A DNA stretch of 64,000 nt. Source: a virus. The stretch is taken from IMG/VR virus record IMGVR_UViG_3300033997_000406, positions 20,432-84,431 of that record, one strand, 5' to 3'. The notes beneath the pieces are model-generated. The model was not told where the DNA came from. It did no database searches and saw only the letters and a program-made list of their open reading frames with translations. Made by a program: the position numbers and the translations under genes. Positions within the stretch are counted from its first letter, which is position 1, and every line of letters starts with the position of its first letter. Positions 52,439-62,458 of this stretch are shown here, piece by piece.

Positions 52439-54019
52439 TTACTTGATTAAGCGACTTTGACCTGTGATCCGGCGACCAGAGCCAGCAACGCAAATGCTCC
52501 AGGTGCATGAAAATAAATCAGCACCGTTTTTCACCACTGCCAAGGTCCACGGTTCTGTACCGTCTGCAGGATCCATAGGCTTAACCAAAGCCTGAGCCGT
52601 AGTGAAATCGCTTAGCAGGCGACTCATGCCTTTTGTTAAACCGTCTACCGTGACACCTTCAGGCTCATGCTTAAGCGATTTACCAAGGCTGACAAAACCG
52701 CGACCGATGGCAAAATCAACAGCATTAATCCATTCAAAGCGCTGGTGATCTTCTTTAGGCGAAGCAGTGAGCGAGTCATCAATAGTTAACTGACCTGAAC
52801 TGTTCAGGCCCAACTTGTTAATGCGGGCTTTGTACATCGCCTTGTAATCCGGCTCGCCAGCATTTGAATTAATCACAAGGCCTGAACGTGGGATTGTGCC
52901 GCGACTTTCACCGGCATTGGGGTAATGCCAGCCACCAACAACAGGGTTCATTTCAACGCCAGCCGCTTTTGCAGCAAAGGCGAAGCCAGACAGGCCAGCA
53001 CTCATAGCTGAGCCATAAACCGGATCTGTGTAGGTGTATGGAATGTGGTAGAGGCTGGTGCATGGCTTAGACAAGCCCATGGTTGCCCTGCGCTCCAGTG
53101 CATCCTCATAAGACAGGTTTGGCTCAATGTCGCAATAAAACTGAACGATATTGCTATCTGCCAAATCTTCCAGAGCAATAAGCACCGGGTCAATGTAGCA
53201 ACCAAGCGCCAGAACGTGAGTAAACGACACGTTTGAATTTTTCAGCACACTCAGCGCAGCCATGTATTCCGTCTGTGTGATTGTGCTTGCTGTGCCGCTG
53301 GTGCCACCTGTGAACTTGGTGTCACTTATCTTTTCAAACTTGCCTAAATTTGCCGTATTCGTTACTGCCTTCATGCGAGCAGTCGACAAATTAATCTTGT
53401 CCTCAATAAATGCCGGTCGACCGTCTACGCCGACTGCATCCAGGGAGAAACTAACAATCATGCTTTCCAGAGTTTTAACCAGACCGGCAACATCCTTTTC
53501 GATGATCTTTAACTCATAAAAGCCTGCACCATAGGCTGAGACATCAGCCTCAACCAGTTGCAGAGTTCGCTCGCTTTCGTTGTCGCCGTCAATGAGCTGA
53601 ATAGCAACTATGTCATCATTGCCCAATTCAATTTCGGAGCCATAAGGAATAGCGCTGGCAACGACAGGGTTTGCAGCACCAGCTTCAGCATCTTGAGGTT
53701 TAGCTTTCACTGTAAGTACTGGTGATAGCGCATTCGAGGCCGTGACTCGCACAACATAACCAGCCCCACCTTTTACAGCTTCAGCCAGTTGGCGCATACC
53801 TTCCGCGTGTACACCTTCGCGCATGTGATATGGCTTACCCAATATCGTTTCATAGTTATCGCCATTGATAGACAAAGCTACGCCAGGACGGCCCTTGCGA
53901 GACACGATCAGGCCAGCGAAAACAGCGGCACCTGTGGCAGCGGCTTGAACTGTTCCAGAAGCGTTGGTTCTGCCCAGGACTACATCTGAAACTTCAGATA
54001 CATTACGTGCTACTGCCAT
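52439..54019 (-). CDS. tail sheath protein
   Basis: YVVRV, FTGG, WHYPNAGESRG, IDDSLT. Confidence 0.85.
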   Translation of the reverse strand: MAVARNVSEVSDVVLGRTNASGTVQAAATGAAVFAGLIVSRKGRPGVALSINGDNYETILGKPYHMREGVHAEGMRQLAEAVKGGAGYVVRVTASNALSPVLTVKAKPQDAEAGAANPVVASAIPYGSEIELGNDDIVAIQLIDGDNESERTLQLVEADVSAYGAGFYELKIIEKDVAGLVKTLESMIVSFSLDAVGVDGRPAFIEDKINLSTARMKAVTNTANLGKFEKISDTKFTGGTSGTASTITQTEYMAALSVLKNSNVSFTHVLALGCYIDPVLIALEDLADSNIVQFYCDIEPNLSYEDALERRATMGLSKPCTSLYHIPYTYTDPVYGSAMSAGLSGFAFAAKAAGVEMNPVVGGWHYPNAGESRGTIPRSGLVINSNAGEPDYKAMYKARINKLGLNSSGQLTIDDSLTASPKEDHQRFEWINAVDFAIGRGFVSLGKSLKHEPEGVTVDGLTKGMSRLLSDFTTAQALVKPMDPADGTEPWTLAVVKNGADLFSCTWSICVAGSGRRITGQSRLIK

Positions 54020-54768
54020 TATTTATCACTCCCTTGAGTTGCCTTTGCTGCCTTTGCTGCGGCAGCTTTGTCGGCTTTCGCCTTGTCAGCTTCGTCCTGA
54101 GCCAGTTTGGCCTTGTCGGCTTCGTCCTGAGCCAGTTTGGCCTTGTCAGCTTCGTCCTGAGCCAGTTTGGCCTTATCGGCTTCGTCCTGAGCCAGTTTGG
54201 CCTTATCGGCTTCGTCCTGAGCCAGTTTGGCCTTGTCAGCTTCGTCCTGAGCCAGTTTGGCCTTGTCGGCTTCGTCCTGAGCCAGTTTGGCCTTGTCGGC
54301 TTCGTCCTGAGCCAGTTTGGCCTTGTCAGCTTCGTCCTGAGCCAGTTTGGCCTTGTCAGCTTCGTCCTGAGCCAGTTTGGCCTTGTCGGCTTCGTCCTGA
54401 GCCAGTTTGGCCTTATCAGCTTCTTCCTGAGCCAGTTTGGCCTTATCAGCTTCGTCCTGTTCGGCCTTTGCTTTTTTTGCAGCTTCTATATCAGCATTGG
54501 TTTTATCGGAAGATTCAGTCTCTACTGGTTCTTCACCAATAATCTTTGCAGATATGCCGGGGTTGTTTTGGCGCTCGCAGTAGGCAATCAGATCACCAGC
54601 TGAGGCGCGAGACATAGTAAAGTCCTGCGGCTGCTTTTTGGCTTCGCGCAAGCTTGCAACACGGACACCTTGCCGCTGAAAGCTCAGGCCTGTGTTGTTG
54701 GTGACATGCACAACTACAACGTCAGACGCTTCTGCTTGTGTTTGTGCTAAGTCTTTTGTTCCACTCAT
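54019..54768 (-). CDS. protein with about 13 AKLAQDEADK repeats
   Basis: AAGGTG RBS; coupled to the sheath start; repeat variation nearly all synonymous in this frame. Confidence 0.8.
   Translation of the reverse strand: MSGTKDLAQTQAEASDVVVVHVTNNTGLSFQRQGVRVASLREAKKQPQDFTMSRASAGDLIAYCERQNNPGISAKIIGEEPVETESSDKTNADIEAAKKAKAEQDEADKAKLAQEEADKAKLAQDEADKAKLAQDEADKAKLAQDEADKAKLAQDEADKAKLAQDEADKAKLAQDEADKAKLAQDEADKAKLAQDEADKAKLAQDEADKAKLAQDEADKAKLAQDEADKAKADKAAAAKAAKATQGSDK
54080..54459. repeat. 30-bp tandem repeat, about 12.6 copies
   Basis: Unit CCTT(G/A)TC(A/G)GCTTCGTCCTGAGCCAGTTTGG. Confidence 0.97.
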
Positions 54769-54829
54769 AGATCACCTTTTTAGGATGGAGGAAATGAAAC
54801 GGCTGGCGAACCAGCCGGGATAAAAGCCA

Positions 54830-56473
54830 TTAACCTGCGTCAATGTCTGCCAGTTCGTAGTTTTCGATTTCCAACAGGTGAAGCCATGCCGCGCCGTTGT
54901 TCGGGTGGATTTCGTCATAACCCAATGACATAACAGTGTCCTGCTGTGTCATGCCACGACCAATTGTTTGATTGATAATCATTGGAGGGATAACGTCACC
55001 TGTGATATAGGCGCCTTTACCAACTGAAATACCTTTGGCGTAACACAGGGCTTGACCTTCAGGGACCACCTTTTCAAATGGAGCGTGGAACACTTTGAAA
55101 CGGCCCATTAACAGACCTGCATACTGGATGCGCTTATCTGATGTGTAGGATGGAGATACAGCAAATACGTCCGCTGGCAGCATGTGCAGGAAGTTCATGA
55201 ATTCTGAGCTTGCGTACATACCAGCTAAACCGCTTTCTTCGGTTTCTTTCAGTAATGAGTCTGAAATGGCAACCAATTTTGCTTTGAATTTTTCAAACGC
55301 TTCTTTCCATTCGCCGCTTGCAGGAATGCTGGCATCAAACGTTGATTTTTTGCTAACGAAAAACATCATGTCTGAAAGCTGTTGCAGAGCCTTTTCGTTT
55401 GCCAGCCAGGTCTTTGCAGAGCTGATCATGCTTGAGCGGACATTAATGCCAAACTCAGACATTGATTTAAGCGTTGCCTGAATGTGAGAATCCGCACCAA
55501 TGTAGCGCTCATACGGGTGAACCGTATGGCTCATCATATTTTGCTCAATCAGTGGTACCAGTTCAGGGTTCTTTTCAATATCGACGCTGAATTCGATATG
55601 TACTTCTGTGCCAATTGGCAGAGCTGTGCTAGTGGTGATACTTACTGTGCTTTGCGTGTAATCAATGACCGCATTAACCACATAATTTACGCCAGCAAGC
55701 TTAACCACGCCTGCAGGGGTGGTTTCAGTGGCTGCGTCACTCAGGGTAAACGTTTTTGCGATGAAAACCCGAACGGTTTTCTTTTTGATAGGCAACTTAA
55801 CGCCAGCTGGTGTTAAAGCGCTGTCGAACGTCAGAACTGTTTTCACACCATCAGCAGCGACCTGGAACGGGAAGCGTTGGCGCATGGATGAATACTGGCC
55901 AGATGTGAACGGGCCAATGTAATCACCTTTTTTAAAGTCACCGAAGTTGCTGCCAGCTGTATTCACAACAGTAAAAATTTCAGTGTAAAACTTAGCTGGG
56001 TTTGGCACATAAACTACCGCGTCATTCATTGGGTTAGCCAATAAAAGAGGCAGAATTAAAGCAGCTGTGTTGGCACGAACTTCAATACCAGCAGATTGCG
56101 ACATAGGTGTAGCATTCAGAGCTGACAGCAACATACCGCTAGGGGCATCAGCTTTCACTTCTGTTTCTACAATGTTTTTCAGCTGTGAGTAAACGCTTGA
56201 CAGCAACTGGTCTGACGGCATTTGACCGTGAGCATCCACATGCTGTTTCAATTCATGCGCCCAGCACATAGCCACTTCTGCGCCACGCTTACCAAGCGAG
56301 CTAAACAGAGGGTCTTTTGCTGCTGCTTCAGTTACGTTGGCTGCCCGGATGGCAGGATCCTGAATGTAAGCACCATTTTCATGGAGTGGGGCGGCAATAA
56401 CAGCAAGCAAGGCGCCAGAATTAGCTGATACTTGCTTTTGTAACGCCTTAAAGTGCGCTGTAGTGTTGTTCAT
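54830..56473 (-). CDS. major capsid protein (P1 gp23-like)
   Basis: 547 aa; DIEKNPELVP; position upstream of the sheath. Confidence 0.82.
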   Translation of the reverse strand: MNNTTAHFKALQKQVSANSGALLAVIAAPLHENGAYIQDPAIRAANVTEAAAKDPLFSSLGKRGAEVAMCWAHELKQHVDAHGQMPSDQLLSSVYSQLKNIVETEVKADAPSGMLLSALNATPMSQSAGIEVRANTAALILPLLLANPMNDAVVYVPNPAKFYTEIFTVVNTAGSNFGDFKKGDYIGPFTSGQYSSMRQRFPFQVAADGVKTVLTFDSALTPAGVKLPIKKKTVRVFIAKTFTLSDAATETTPAGVVKLAGVNYVVNAVIDYTQSTVSITTSTALPIGTEVHIEFSVDIEKNPELVPLIEQNMMSHTVHPYERYIGADSHIQATLKSMSEFGINVRSSMISSAKTWLANEKALQQLSDMMFFVSKKSTFDASIPASGEWKEAFEKFKAKLVAISDSLLKETEESGLAGMYASSEFMNFLHMLPADVFAVSPSYTSDKRIQYAGLLMGRFKVFHAPFEKVVPEGQALCYAKGISVGKGAYITGDVIPPMIINQTIGRGMTQQDTVMSLGYDEIHPNNGAAWLHLLEIENYELADIDAG

Positions 56474-56886
56474 CGTGATACTCCGTTAGGATTGTTGTTG
56501 TAAAAATTGCCTGTCGGAGCGTTCCGGCCAGCAAATTCTAAGTCGCCAGTCGCTGCCGCTTTGAGTACTTCAAAGCAGTTAGCAATCAGATCACGTAACT
56601 CGCCTGGCAAGGCGTGATAAGGGCGCAGTAATGGGGTTTGTTGTTTTAGGGGGCGAAAGACAGCGCCATGGGTCCAGCCCTGGCGCTCTAAGTTGCTGCA
56701 GTTAAATGCGTGTAAGTCGGCTGGCTCGCTCATCGCGCCAGAGGCAATAGATTTGAGTGCAATAGCCACGGCACGAATAACGCTGCAACGCTCGCTATCA
56801 GGTAGGGCGTCAAACAGCAGGCTTGTATTGCCTGTTGCCTTGGCCTTAATGGCTTGCACTACGTTGGCGGCCAGCTCGACTTGCAT
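56470..56886 (-). CDS. degenerate RyR-domain protein
   Basis: LH......RQGWTHG......TPLLRPYHALP. Confidence 0.55.
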   Translation of the reverse strand: MQVELAANVVQAIKAKATGNTSLLFDALPDSERCSVIRAVAIALKSIASGAMSEPADLHAFNCSNLERQGWTHGAVFRPLKQQTPLLRPYHALPGELRDLIANCFEVLKAAATGDLEFAGRNAPTGNFYNNNPNGVSR

Positions 56887-56888
56887 CG

Positions 56889-57410
56889 CTAAACGTCCAG
56901 CACCAGCTGATCAACACCAGACGCAATACAGCGCTCTAAGTACTCAGCTGCTGAGCCCTTACCTGCTGATGTGTTGTAGTGTTCTTTCCAGTAGTCAGCG
57001 CGGCCAGCGCGGTCAGCCGGAATTGGGTCGTCAATAACGCGATAACGCAAACGGGCAAAAATAAGACTAAGCAGCGGGCTAAAGTCCAGCTCCCGGTACT
57101 GCACTTTTTTCAGGTCAACGTTAAAAGCTTCCAAAATTGCGTTGTAAACCGCGTCGTTTTTAGAGAACTTTTCTTTTAACCAGTCGAAAGTACTTTCATC
57201 CACCTGAGGGGCACCGGCACCAGCTCCGTATAGGGTGCGATCCCGATGGGTCGCTAAGTGCGTTTCTGCAGCACAGGTTTCAAGCAGCATGTGAGATGCT
57301 GACTCAAAAACGCCATGGCCAAGTACGTTGCACACGGCAACAGACATATCTGCAAGCTGTTGTTTCTTCGTTACGCCGTAGAACACTCTAAATATCCAGT
57401 AATTAAACAT
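56889..57410 (-). CDS. lysozyme-like protein, putative endolysin
   Basis: LLETCAAET, GAPQ, ARLRY, YWKEHYNT..GKG. Confidence 0.55.
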   Translation of the reverse strand: MFNYWIFRVFYGVTKKQQLADMSVAVCNVLGHGVFESASHMLLETCAAETHLATHRDRTLYGAGAGAPQVDESTFDWLKEKFSKNDAVYNAILEAFNVDLKKVQYRELDFSPLLSLIFARLRYRVIDDPIPADRAGRADYWKEHYNTSAGKGSAAEYLERCIASGVDQLVLDV

Positions 57411-57502
57411 TGAATAATTACATGATAATTACTGTTAGGATAATGACAAAAAAGCAGCCTTTTTATATATTGTCGTCTGTTAATAATTAATGGACGGGCA
57501 GA

Positions 57503-57745
57503 ATGGCAAGATCACCAACTCGAAAACCCTTAGCTAAGGAGTTTCTGATACCTAACGATGACATCAGTATCGGTGAAGCGACGATAAAATATGATGAAGA
57601 GCGCAAAAGCTGGGTTCTACCTGACGGGCCACAACAGCGCAGCAGATACATTACCAGCAGAGCCCACGCCGTAACTTTTGCCAACAAGCTTAATCAGGAA
57701 ATCAGTTACCAGAAGCAGCAGCGGAGCGCTTTCTATGCCCGCTAA
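57503..57745 (+). CDS. DUF1317-like phage protein
   Basis: DISIG..TIKY....WVLPDG. Confidence 0.5.
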   Translation: MARSPTRKPLAKEFLIPNDDISIGEATIKYDEERKSWVLPDGPQQRSRYITSRAHAVTFANKLNQEISYQKQQRSAFYAR

Positions 57746-58961
57746 AGAAGTAAGCCTTTTGGATAACCTGCAGGGTTCGTTCTTCACATTACTGCATGAC
57801 CATGACAAGTACCGACATATAGAAATCAGCAAGAGCGATGCAAATTCAAGGGAGTTATACAACGTTATCACCTGGCCTGAGCATGTTTCAATCACCAGTG
57901 ACCGGGGCTGCTTTGTTCTATCTACCGATAACGATGTACTGAAAAGCCATGATTTGTTAGCTGATCCTGACAATTGGGTTCGCTATGTCATAGCGGGCAG
58001 ACCTTACCAATGGGGGGCGGATAAAGCCAGATCGGTTGTCACCAGTATTTTTGATGAATGGTCAAAGGGTCAAGTCAGTGCATCAGTCATTGTGAAACAG
58101 CGTGATCGCCTTGAATCTGAGGTTTTAGCGCATTCAGGTGATGAAGCCATCTTTATGCAGAAAGTTGCAAACTGGTGGCCTGGCGCTATGGGTTTTGAGC
58201 TAAACAAGCGACTTGGAAGCTTAAGCAGCACCGACCTCAGAACAATGTCGGACGAATTCATTTGGTCATGCCATGCCATTGCATGGGCTGTGAGGCAGTA
58301 CAAAAAGCACAAAGATTCTGATAACCCATACAACAAACAGTTGAACGAACTGACCTCTGTTGTGATGACTCGGGGCCAGATTGAATCACTTTATGAGCAA
58401 ACGCCAGGCGATGACGATGATCAAAGCTATTCCGTTTCTTTAATCCGGCACTGCGATGGTGAAAAAGAAGGGGAGTTAGAACTTATTGCGTATGACGTTG
58501 AATATCCGGACGAGGGCTACTTCAGCCTGGACGAGTCAGCCAGCACCAGCAGAAAAGTAACAGAAGAAACAAAGCACAGGGTAGGCCATGCGAATGATTT
58601 GATCCAAGTCATTGCTGCACATGGGCGAAGGTTGTTTTTCAGTCGCGCTCGGAATGCTTTTGCTCGCTTTGAAGCTGATGAGGACGGATCATTATGGTTT
58701 GTGGATGATTACACAGGTCAGCGCATATCCCCCTTTGAGCAGGGAAAATGGAAAGGCTTTAGTCACGGCGGCACCTTAAGGGAGCTGGTAAAGGCTATGA
58801 GCGACTACATACTGGATGGCCAGCGCATACCGATTATCTGGATAGCCACACCACGATCAAACCCTGATAACGGCGACATTTGGGGCTACGGTACCGAAGC
58901 AAGCGCAGCTGTTCGGGCAGCCGCTGAGATACTGCCAATTATAGATAATGGCAGGGAATGA
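57735..58961 (+). CDS. mosaic hypothetical phage protein
   Basis: ITWP...WSCHAIAW N-terminal domain; HGRRLFF...DDYT...GFSHGGTLR C-terminal domain. Confidence 0.7.
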   Translation: MPAKEVSLLDNLQGSFFTLLHDHDKYRHIEISKSDANSRELYNVITWPEHVSITSDRGCFVLSTDNDVLKSHDLLADPDNWVRYVIAGRPYQWGADKARSVVTSIFDEWSKGQVSASVIVKQRDRLESEVLAHSGDEAIFMQKVANWWPGAMGFELNKRLGSLSSTDLRTMSDEFIWSCHAIAWAVRQYKKHKDSDNPYNKQLNELTSVVMTRGQIESLYEQTPGDDDDQSYSVSLIRHCDGEKEGELELIAYDVEYPDEGYFSLDESASTSRKVTEETKHRVGHANDLIQVIAAHGRRLFFSRARNAFARFEADEDGSLWFVDDYTGQRISPFEQGKWKGFSHGGTLRELVKAMSDYILDGQRIPIIWIATPRSNPDNGDIWGYGTEASAAVRAAAEILPIIDNGRE

Positions 58962-59371
58962 AGTTGACTCCACGCATATTCAAAAAGCTCTGTAAGCGCT
59001 CGGCGTCGACTGTGGCAGCCCTTTACCCGCAACGAACTCAATTCAGCTATTCCAGAGACTGGATAAATGACGTGAAGGTGGATAAAAAGCATTACCACTG
59101 CGGCCTAACTGGGTACTTCACCCCATGTAAAGGAACGATTGGCTTTGCATGGCTCTGTGGTGGCGAAGTAAAGGATATGACGGATAAACCTGCATACCTG
59201 CTACTTAAAGATGCCGTAATCAAAGCGCTCAACCTACCCACCAATGATGGCCATGCAGCCGTCACCGGCACACCTAAAACCCCCTCTGATGTATTCCGGC
59301 ATGTTGAGCTGTTACTCACTCAACTGAATGCTGGTGCTGAGCGGCAAAACAATAATGAGGCTCTATCGTGA
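58958..59371 (+). CDS. hypothetical protein
   Basis: Coupled ORF. Confidence 0.65.
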   Translation: MKLTPRIFKKLCKRSASTVAALYPQRTQFSYSRDWINDVKVDKKHYHCGLTGYFTPCKGTIGFAWLCGGEVKDMTDKPAYLLLKDAVIKALNLPTNDGHAAVTGTPKTPSDVFRHVELLLTQLNAGAERQNNNEALS

Positions 59372-60171
59372 AAACAACTAAACAAGCAGAGCAGCCAACA
59401 GGTGAATTAAAGCTATCACCTTATGTTGTCGACCTTCAAAGGTTAAAAGCAGCACCAGCGCATAAGCTGGAAGAAGTGGGGGACCAGTGGCGAACACCAG
59501 ACTGGCTCTATTGGGGAATATTTGCCAAGTTTGGTCCTTTTGTCCTGGACCTGTTCACGGACGGCGATAATTCCAAATGCGCCCGCTACTACACCGCTGA
59601 AAGTAATGCACTCAAGCAAGATTGGGCTAAAGACTTGAATGGCCATAAAGCTTTTGGAAACCCGCCATACAGCAGGGCCAGCACAGACCATGAAGGGTTT
59701 AGCCAAACCGGCATGAAAAACATCATGGCCAAAACGATTGAAGAGCGGGATAAAGGCGCTGCCTCTGTATTCCTCATCAAGTCAGCAACCTCAGAAACGT
59801 GGTGGCCAGAAGGTGCAAACGCTGTTTATTTCATTCGGGGCCGGATCAGCTTTGATACCCCTCTTTGGTTCGTTCCTGCATCGCCCAAAGAAAAGCGCAC
59901 CGGGGCGGGCTTCAGTGGAGCTATCGCGATTTTCGACAAAAACTACTCTGGCAAGCCAATGGATTATGTCAGCGTCACAGAACTGAAGTCATTGGGTGAA
60001 GCCCTGATGCAAGCAATGGATCTGCATGCAAAAAAAGCAGTGCAACAAGCGATGCAGCGCTTTGAAGCTGAAGATATTTACCAAGAGAACCCTATAGCGA
60101 AACTGCAAGAGCGGGTGCTTCAGGAAAAATTCGGGCATAAGCCTGAGGTACAGCAGGAAATGCAGCTATGA
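59368..60171 (+). CDS. phage N6-adenine DNA methyltransferase (lambdoid Dam family)
   Basis: DQWRTP, LDLF, NPPYS, RGRISF. Confidence 0.88.
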   Translation: MKTTKQAEQPTGELKLSPYVVDLQRLKAAPAHKLEEVGDQWRTPDWLYWGIFAKFGPFVLDLFTDGDNSKCARYYTAESNALKQDWAKDLNGHKAFGNPPYSRASTDHEGFSQTGMKNIMAKTIEERDKGAASVFLIKSATSETWWPEGANAVYFIRGRISFDTPLWFVPASPKEKRTGAGFSGAIAIFDKNYSGKPMDYVSVTELKSLGEALMQAMDLHAKKAVQQAMQRFEAEDIYQENPIAKLQERVLQEKFGHKPEVQQEMQL

Positions 60172-60485
60172 ATGATATTGACGGCCTGGCGCCCAACTTT
60201 AAAGAATACAACGCATGGCGTAACAGCTTCAAAACAGCAGAACAAGCCGCACAGGCTGCTTTTGCAATTGCCAGGCGGCAAGAGATTGAACTGAACACGC
60301 TTAGGCTATGCAAATTGCCGGATCCAGCAGCTTGTCTAACAGGGGTCGAAGAAGCTGATTTAAAGCACTTAGCCGACTTACTTGCCAAGCCTCAACCAAT
60401 GCTACCTCTGTATAACAACAGCGCTTACAACTTCAATATGGAACAGCAGAAATTACAAAATCCGGAGCCCAGCCAAAATGTGTGA
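60168..60485 (+). CDS. hypothetical protein
   Basis: Coupled ORF. Confidence 0.6.
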   Translation: MNDIDGLAPNFKEYNAWRNSFKTAEQAAQAAFAIARRQEIELNTLRLCKLPDPAACLTGVEEADLKHLADLLAKPQPMLPLYNNSAYNFNMEQQKLQNPEPSQNV

Positions 60486-61662
60486 ATCAAATCGGCGTCT
60501 TTTAGATATAGTCGGCGGCGGGAATGTAATTGTTATTGATCCTGAATTCAAAGCGCTCAGCAAAGAACTCGCTCAGCTTAAAGAAAAGCTATCAGCCATA
60601 GAGTCAGAAGGGTATGAGGACCGGCTTAATGCAAGCTTGCGGGACAATAACGCACTGCAGCAACAAAATGATGAGCTATCAGAGTACGTCTATAAGATTT
60701 TGCGGCGTAAAAGCGACATTGCAGCTGCTGCAAGGCATCTGATTGGCCAGGTGATGACGCAAGAAAAACAGCCTGAACTGCACTCAGAAATGATGCAAGC
60801 AATCGACGCTTTAAATCTGGTGATGGATGAAGTAAATACAGGAGCTTCTTTCACGTCAGCACCGCCACTAATGTCTATTATCTGGCACGAATCGCCGGAC
60901 GACATAGAGCGAGCATATTGGGCGCCAGTCGCTGAGGCCGAGGGCATTCCGCTGGAAGAGTTGCTTTCAGCAGATATGGAGGGGCAGAACGAAAAAGGCG
61001 ACATCATTAACATTACCAATCAGCAAAAAATGGAAGGCATGTTAATTCAAGGGTGCTGGGGGTTTGTTGACACTAAAACAAACACTATTCACGCCTGGGC
61101 AGCTCCTGACGTTCAGACTGAAACATTGATCCATATGCTGGCGCATGAAATCGGTCATGCAACTGGCGTAGCCCACCCGAACGCACTGCAGGAAGAGTTC
61201 AGGGCTGAACAGTTTGGTTTGGCTGCAAAGCTAGCTTATTGCCTGATACAGCAAAGAGCTGCCGCAAAATGCCCTTGCTGCCGTGGTTCAGGTCGAGTAG
61301 ATGACTTATCGGATGGGATGACGATATTAGGTCGTCGGGTAAACCAGCTAAGCCAACAGCTGGCCGAAGCTCATAAGGTGATAGACCATATAGCGGCAGC
61401 TACAGGTGATGAGCGTGACCGGATGGCTTGCTGGGAAAGTGTTGACGCAATTATTGCCGGACAAAATGCTTTGATTGCTCAGGTTTGCGATATGCACAGT
61501 GCAATGGCCAATGCCGTCAACGTTATTGATTTAATTAATGATGGCCATGCGGCAGCCGTTTACAGGATGGAAGCGGTGCTTCGGGCGACTCCAGAGCGGT
61601 ACCTTGCTTCCTGCGCAGCTGCTGAGGCAGTACTCGCCACTAATGCCAGTGAAAAGAGTTAA
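60478..61662 (+). CDS. coiled-coil protein with HExxH metallopeptidase-like domain
   Basis: LIHMLAHEIGH...EFRAEQF; CPCC. Confidence 0.62.
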   Translation: MCESNRRLLDIVGGGNVIVIDPEFKALSKELAQLKEKLSAIESEGYEDRLNASLRDNNALQQQNDELSEYVYKILRRKSDIAAAARHLIGQVMTQEKQPELHSEMMQAIDALNLVMDEVNTGASFTSAPPLMSIIWHESPDDIERAYWAPVAEAEGIPLEELLSADMEGQNEKGDIINITNQQKMEGMLIQGCWGFVDTKTNTIHAWAAPDVQTETLIHMLAHEIGHATGVAHPNALQEEFRAEQFGLAAKLAYCLIQQRAAAKCPCCRGSGRVDDLSDGMTILGRRVNQLSQQLAEAHKVIDHIAAATGDERDRMACWESVDAIIAGQNALIAQVCDMHSAMANAVNVIDLINDGHAAAVYRMEAVLRATPERYLASCAAAEAVLATNASEKS

Positions 61663-61689
61663 GATTTAGAACTTATTAAAGGATGCGGT

Positions 61690-62031
61690 ATGACACACAT
61701 TATACAATCAGGTGCTGAACGAATAGCGACAGAGCGCGCCCGTCAAATCACTGATGAAGGCCGAACAGCTGAGCATGATGCAGCACATAAGCAAGGCGCT
61801 TTAACAATGGCCGCTATCGTTTATGCAACAGCCGCTGCCAGCAGCCCGGATATGAGAAAGAATTTCAGGGACGTTAAAGAGCAAGGCCTTACTCTGCGAC
61901 ATTGGCCATGGGAGGCGGGTTCTTTTAAAATTGGCGCAGATGATGGCAAAGACAGCCGGATCCGCGAACTAACAAAAGCGGGCGCCCTTATAGCTGCAGA
62001 AATTGATAGACTGTTAAAACAATCCCATTGA
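61690..62031 (+). CDS. conserved phage protein, possibly MazG-like fold
   Basis: ERARQ..EG...EHD, WPW, ELTKAGALIAAEIDRL. Confidence 0.6.
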   Translation: MTHIIQSGAERIATERARQITDEGRTAEHDAAHKQGALTMAAIVYATAAASSPDMRKNFRDVKEQGLTLRHWPWEAGSFKIGADDGKDSRIRELTKAGALIAAEIDRLLKQSH

Positions 62032-62056
62032 AGGCTGCACACCTGGAGGCTTTAAC

Positions 62057-62449
62057 GTGCCGTGCATTCGTAGGCGCTACCACTACGGCAACGTATGGCT
62101 GGCGCCGCATCTAATTGAAGAGACTACGGCACTGTGCGGCCAGACGGTAGACGTTGGTTTGCCTGATGATCAGTTTAAGCGGGTTCTGTTTGGCGGGTTT
62201 ATTGAGTTAGACCAGATGGCGCCGGACATGCACAAGGTAAAGCTGTTACGGATAGAAGCGTTTAACCCAATAGCGTCATTAGTCGGCGACTGGGTGGAAT
62301 ACGGCCCCAACTGCATAATGCTTGGGGCTTATCGGGCGCACACTGCTTACCTTCTTCTTGATGGCGGCAGACCTATAGCCTGGTGCGCTATGCCAAAGAA
62401 AGCAAAGGAGCGGCCGAACAATGTCCACTCCATCAGGCCAGCTGATTAG
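62057..62449 (+). CDS. hypothetical protein
   Basis: GGAGG RBS, GTG start. Confidence 0.6.
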   Translation: MPCIRRRYHYGNVWLAPHLIEETTALCGQTVDVGLPDDQFKRVLFGGFIELDQMAPDMHKVKLLRIEAFNPIASLVGDWVEYGPNCIMLGAYRAHTAYLLLDGGRPIAWCAMPKKAKERPNNVHSIRPAD

Positions 62450-62458
62450 CTTAGAGGT

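Noticed and set aside
54080-54459. 30-bp repeats as a CRISPR array
   Set aside because: The units are head-to-tail with no spacers, there are no cas genes, and the variation is synonymous in a coding frame.
53964-54603. Plus-strand repeat ORFs (LRPEPVWPC; FVLSQFGLV)
   Set aside because: Antisense shadows of the tandem repeat; the substitutions are non-synonymous in these frames.
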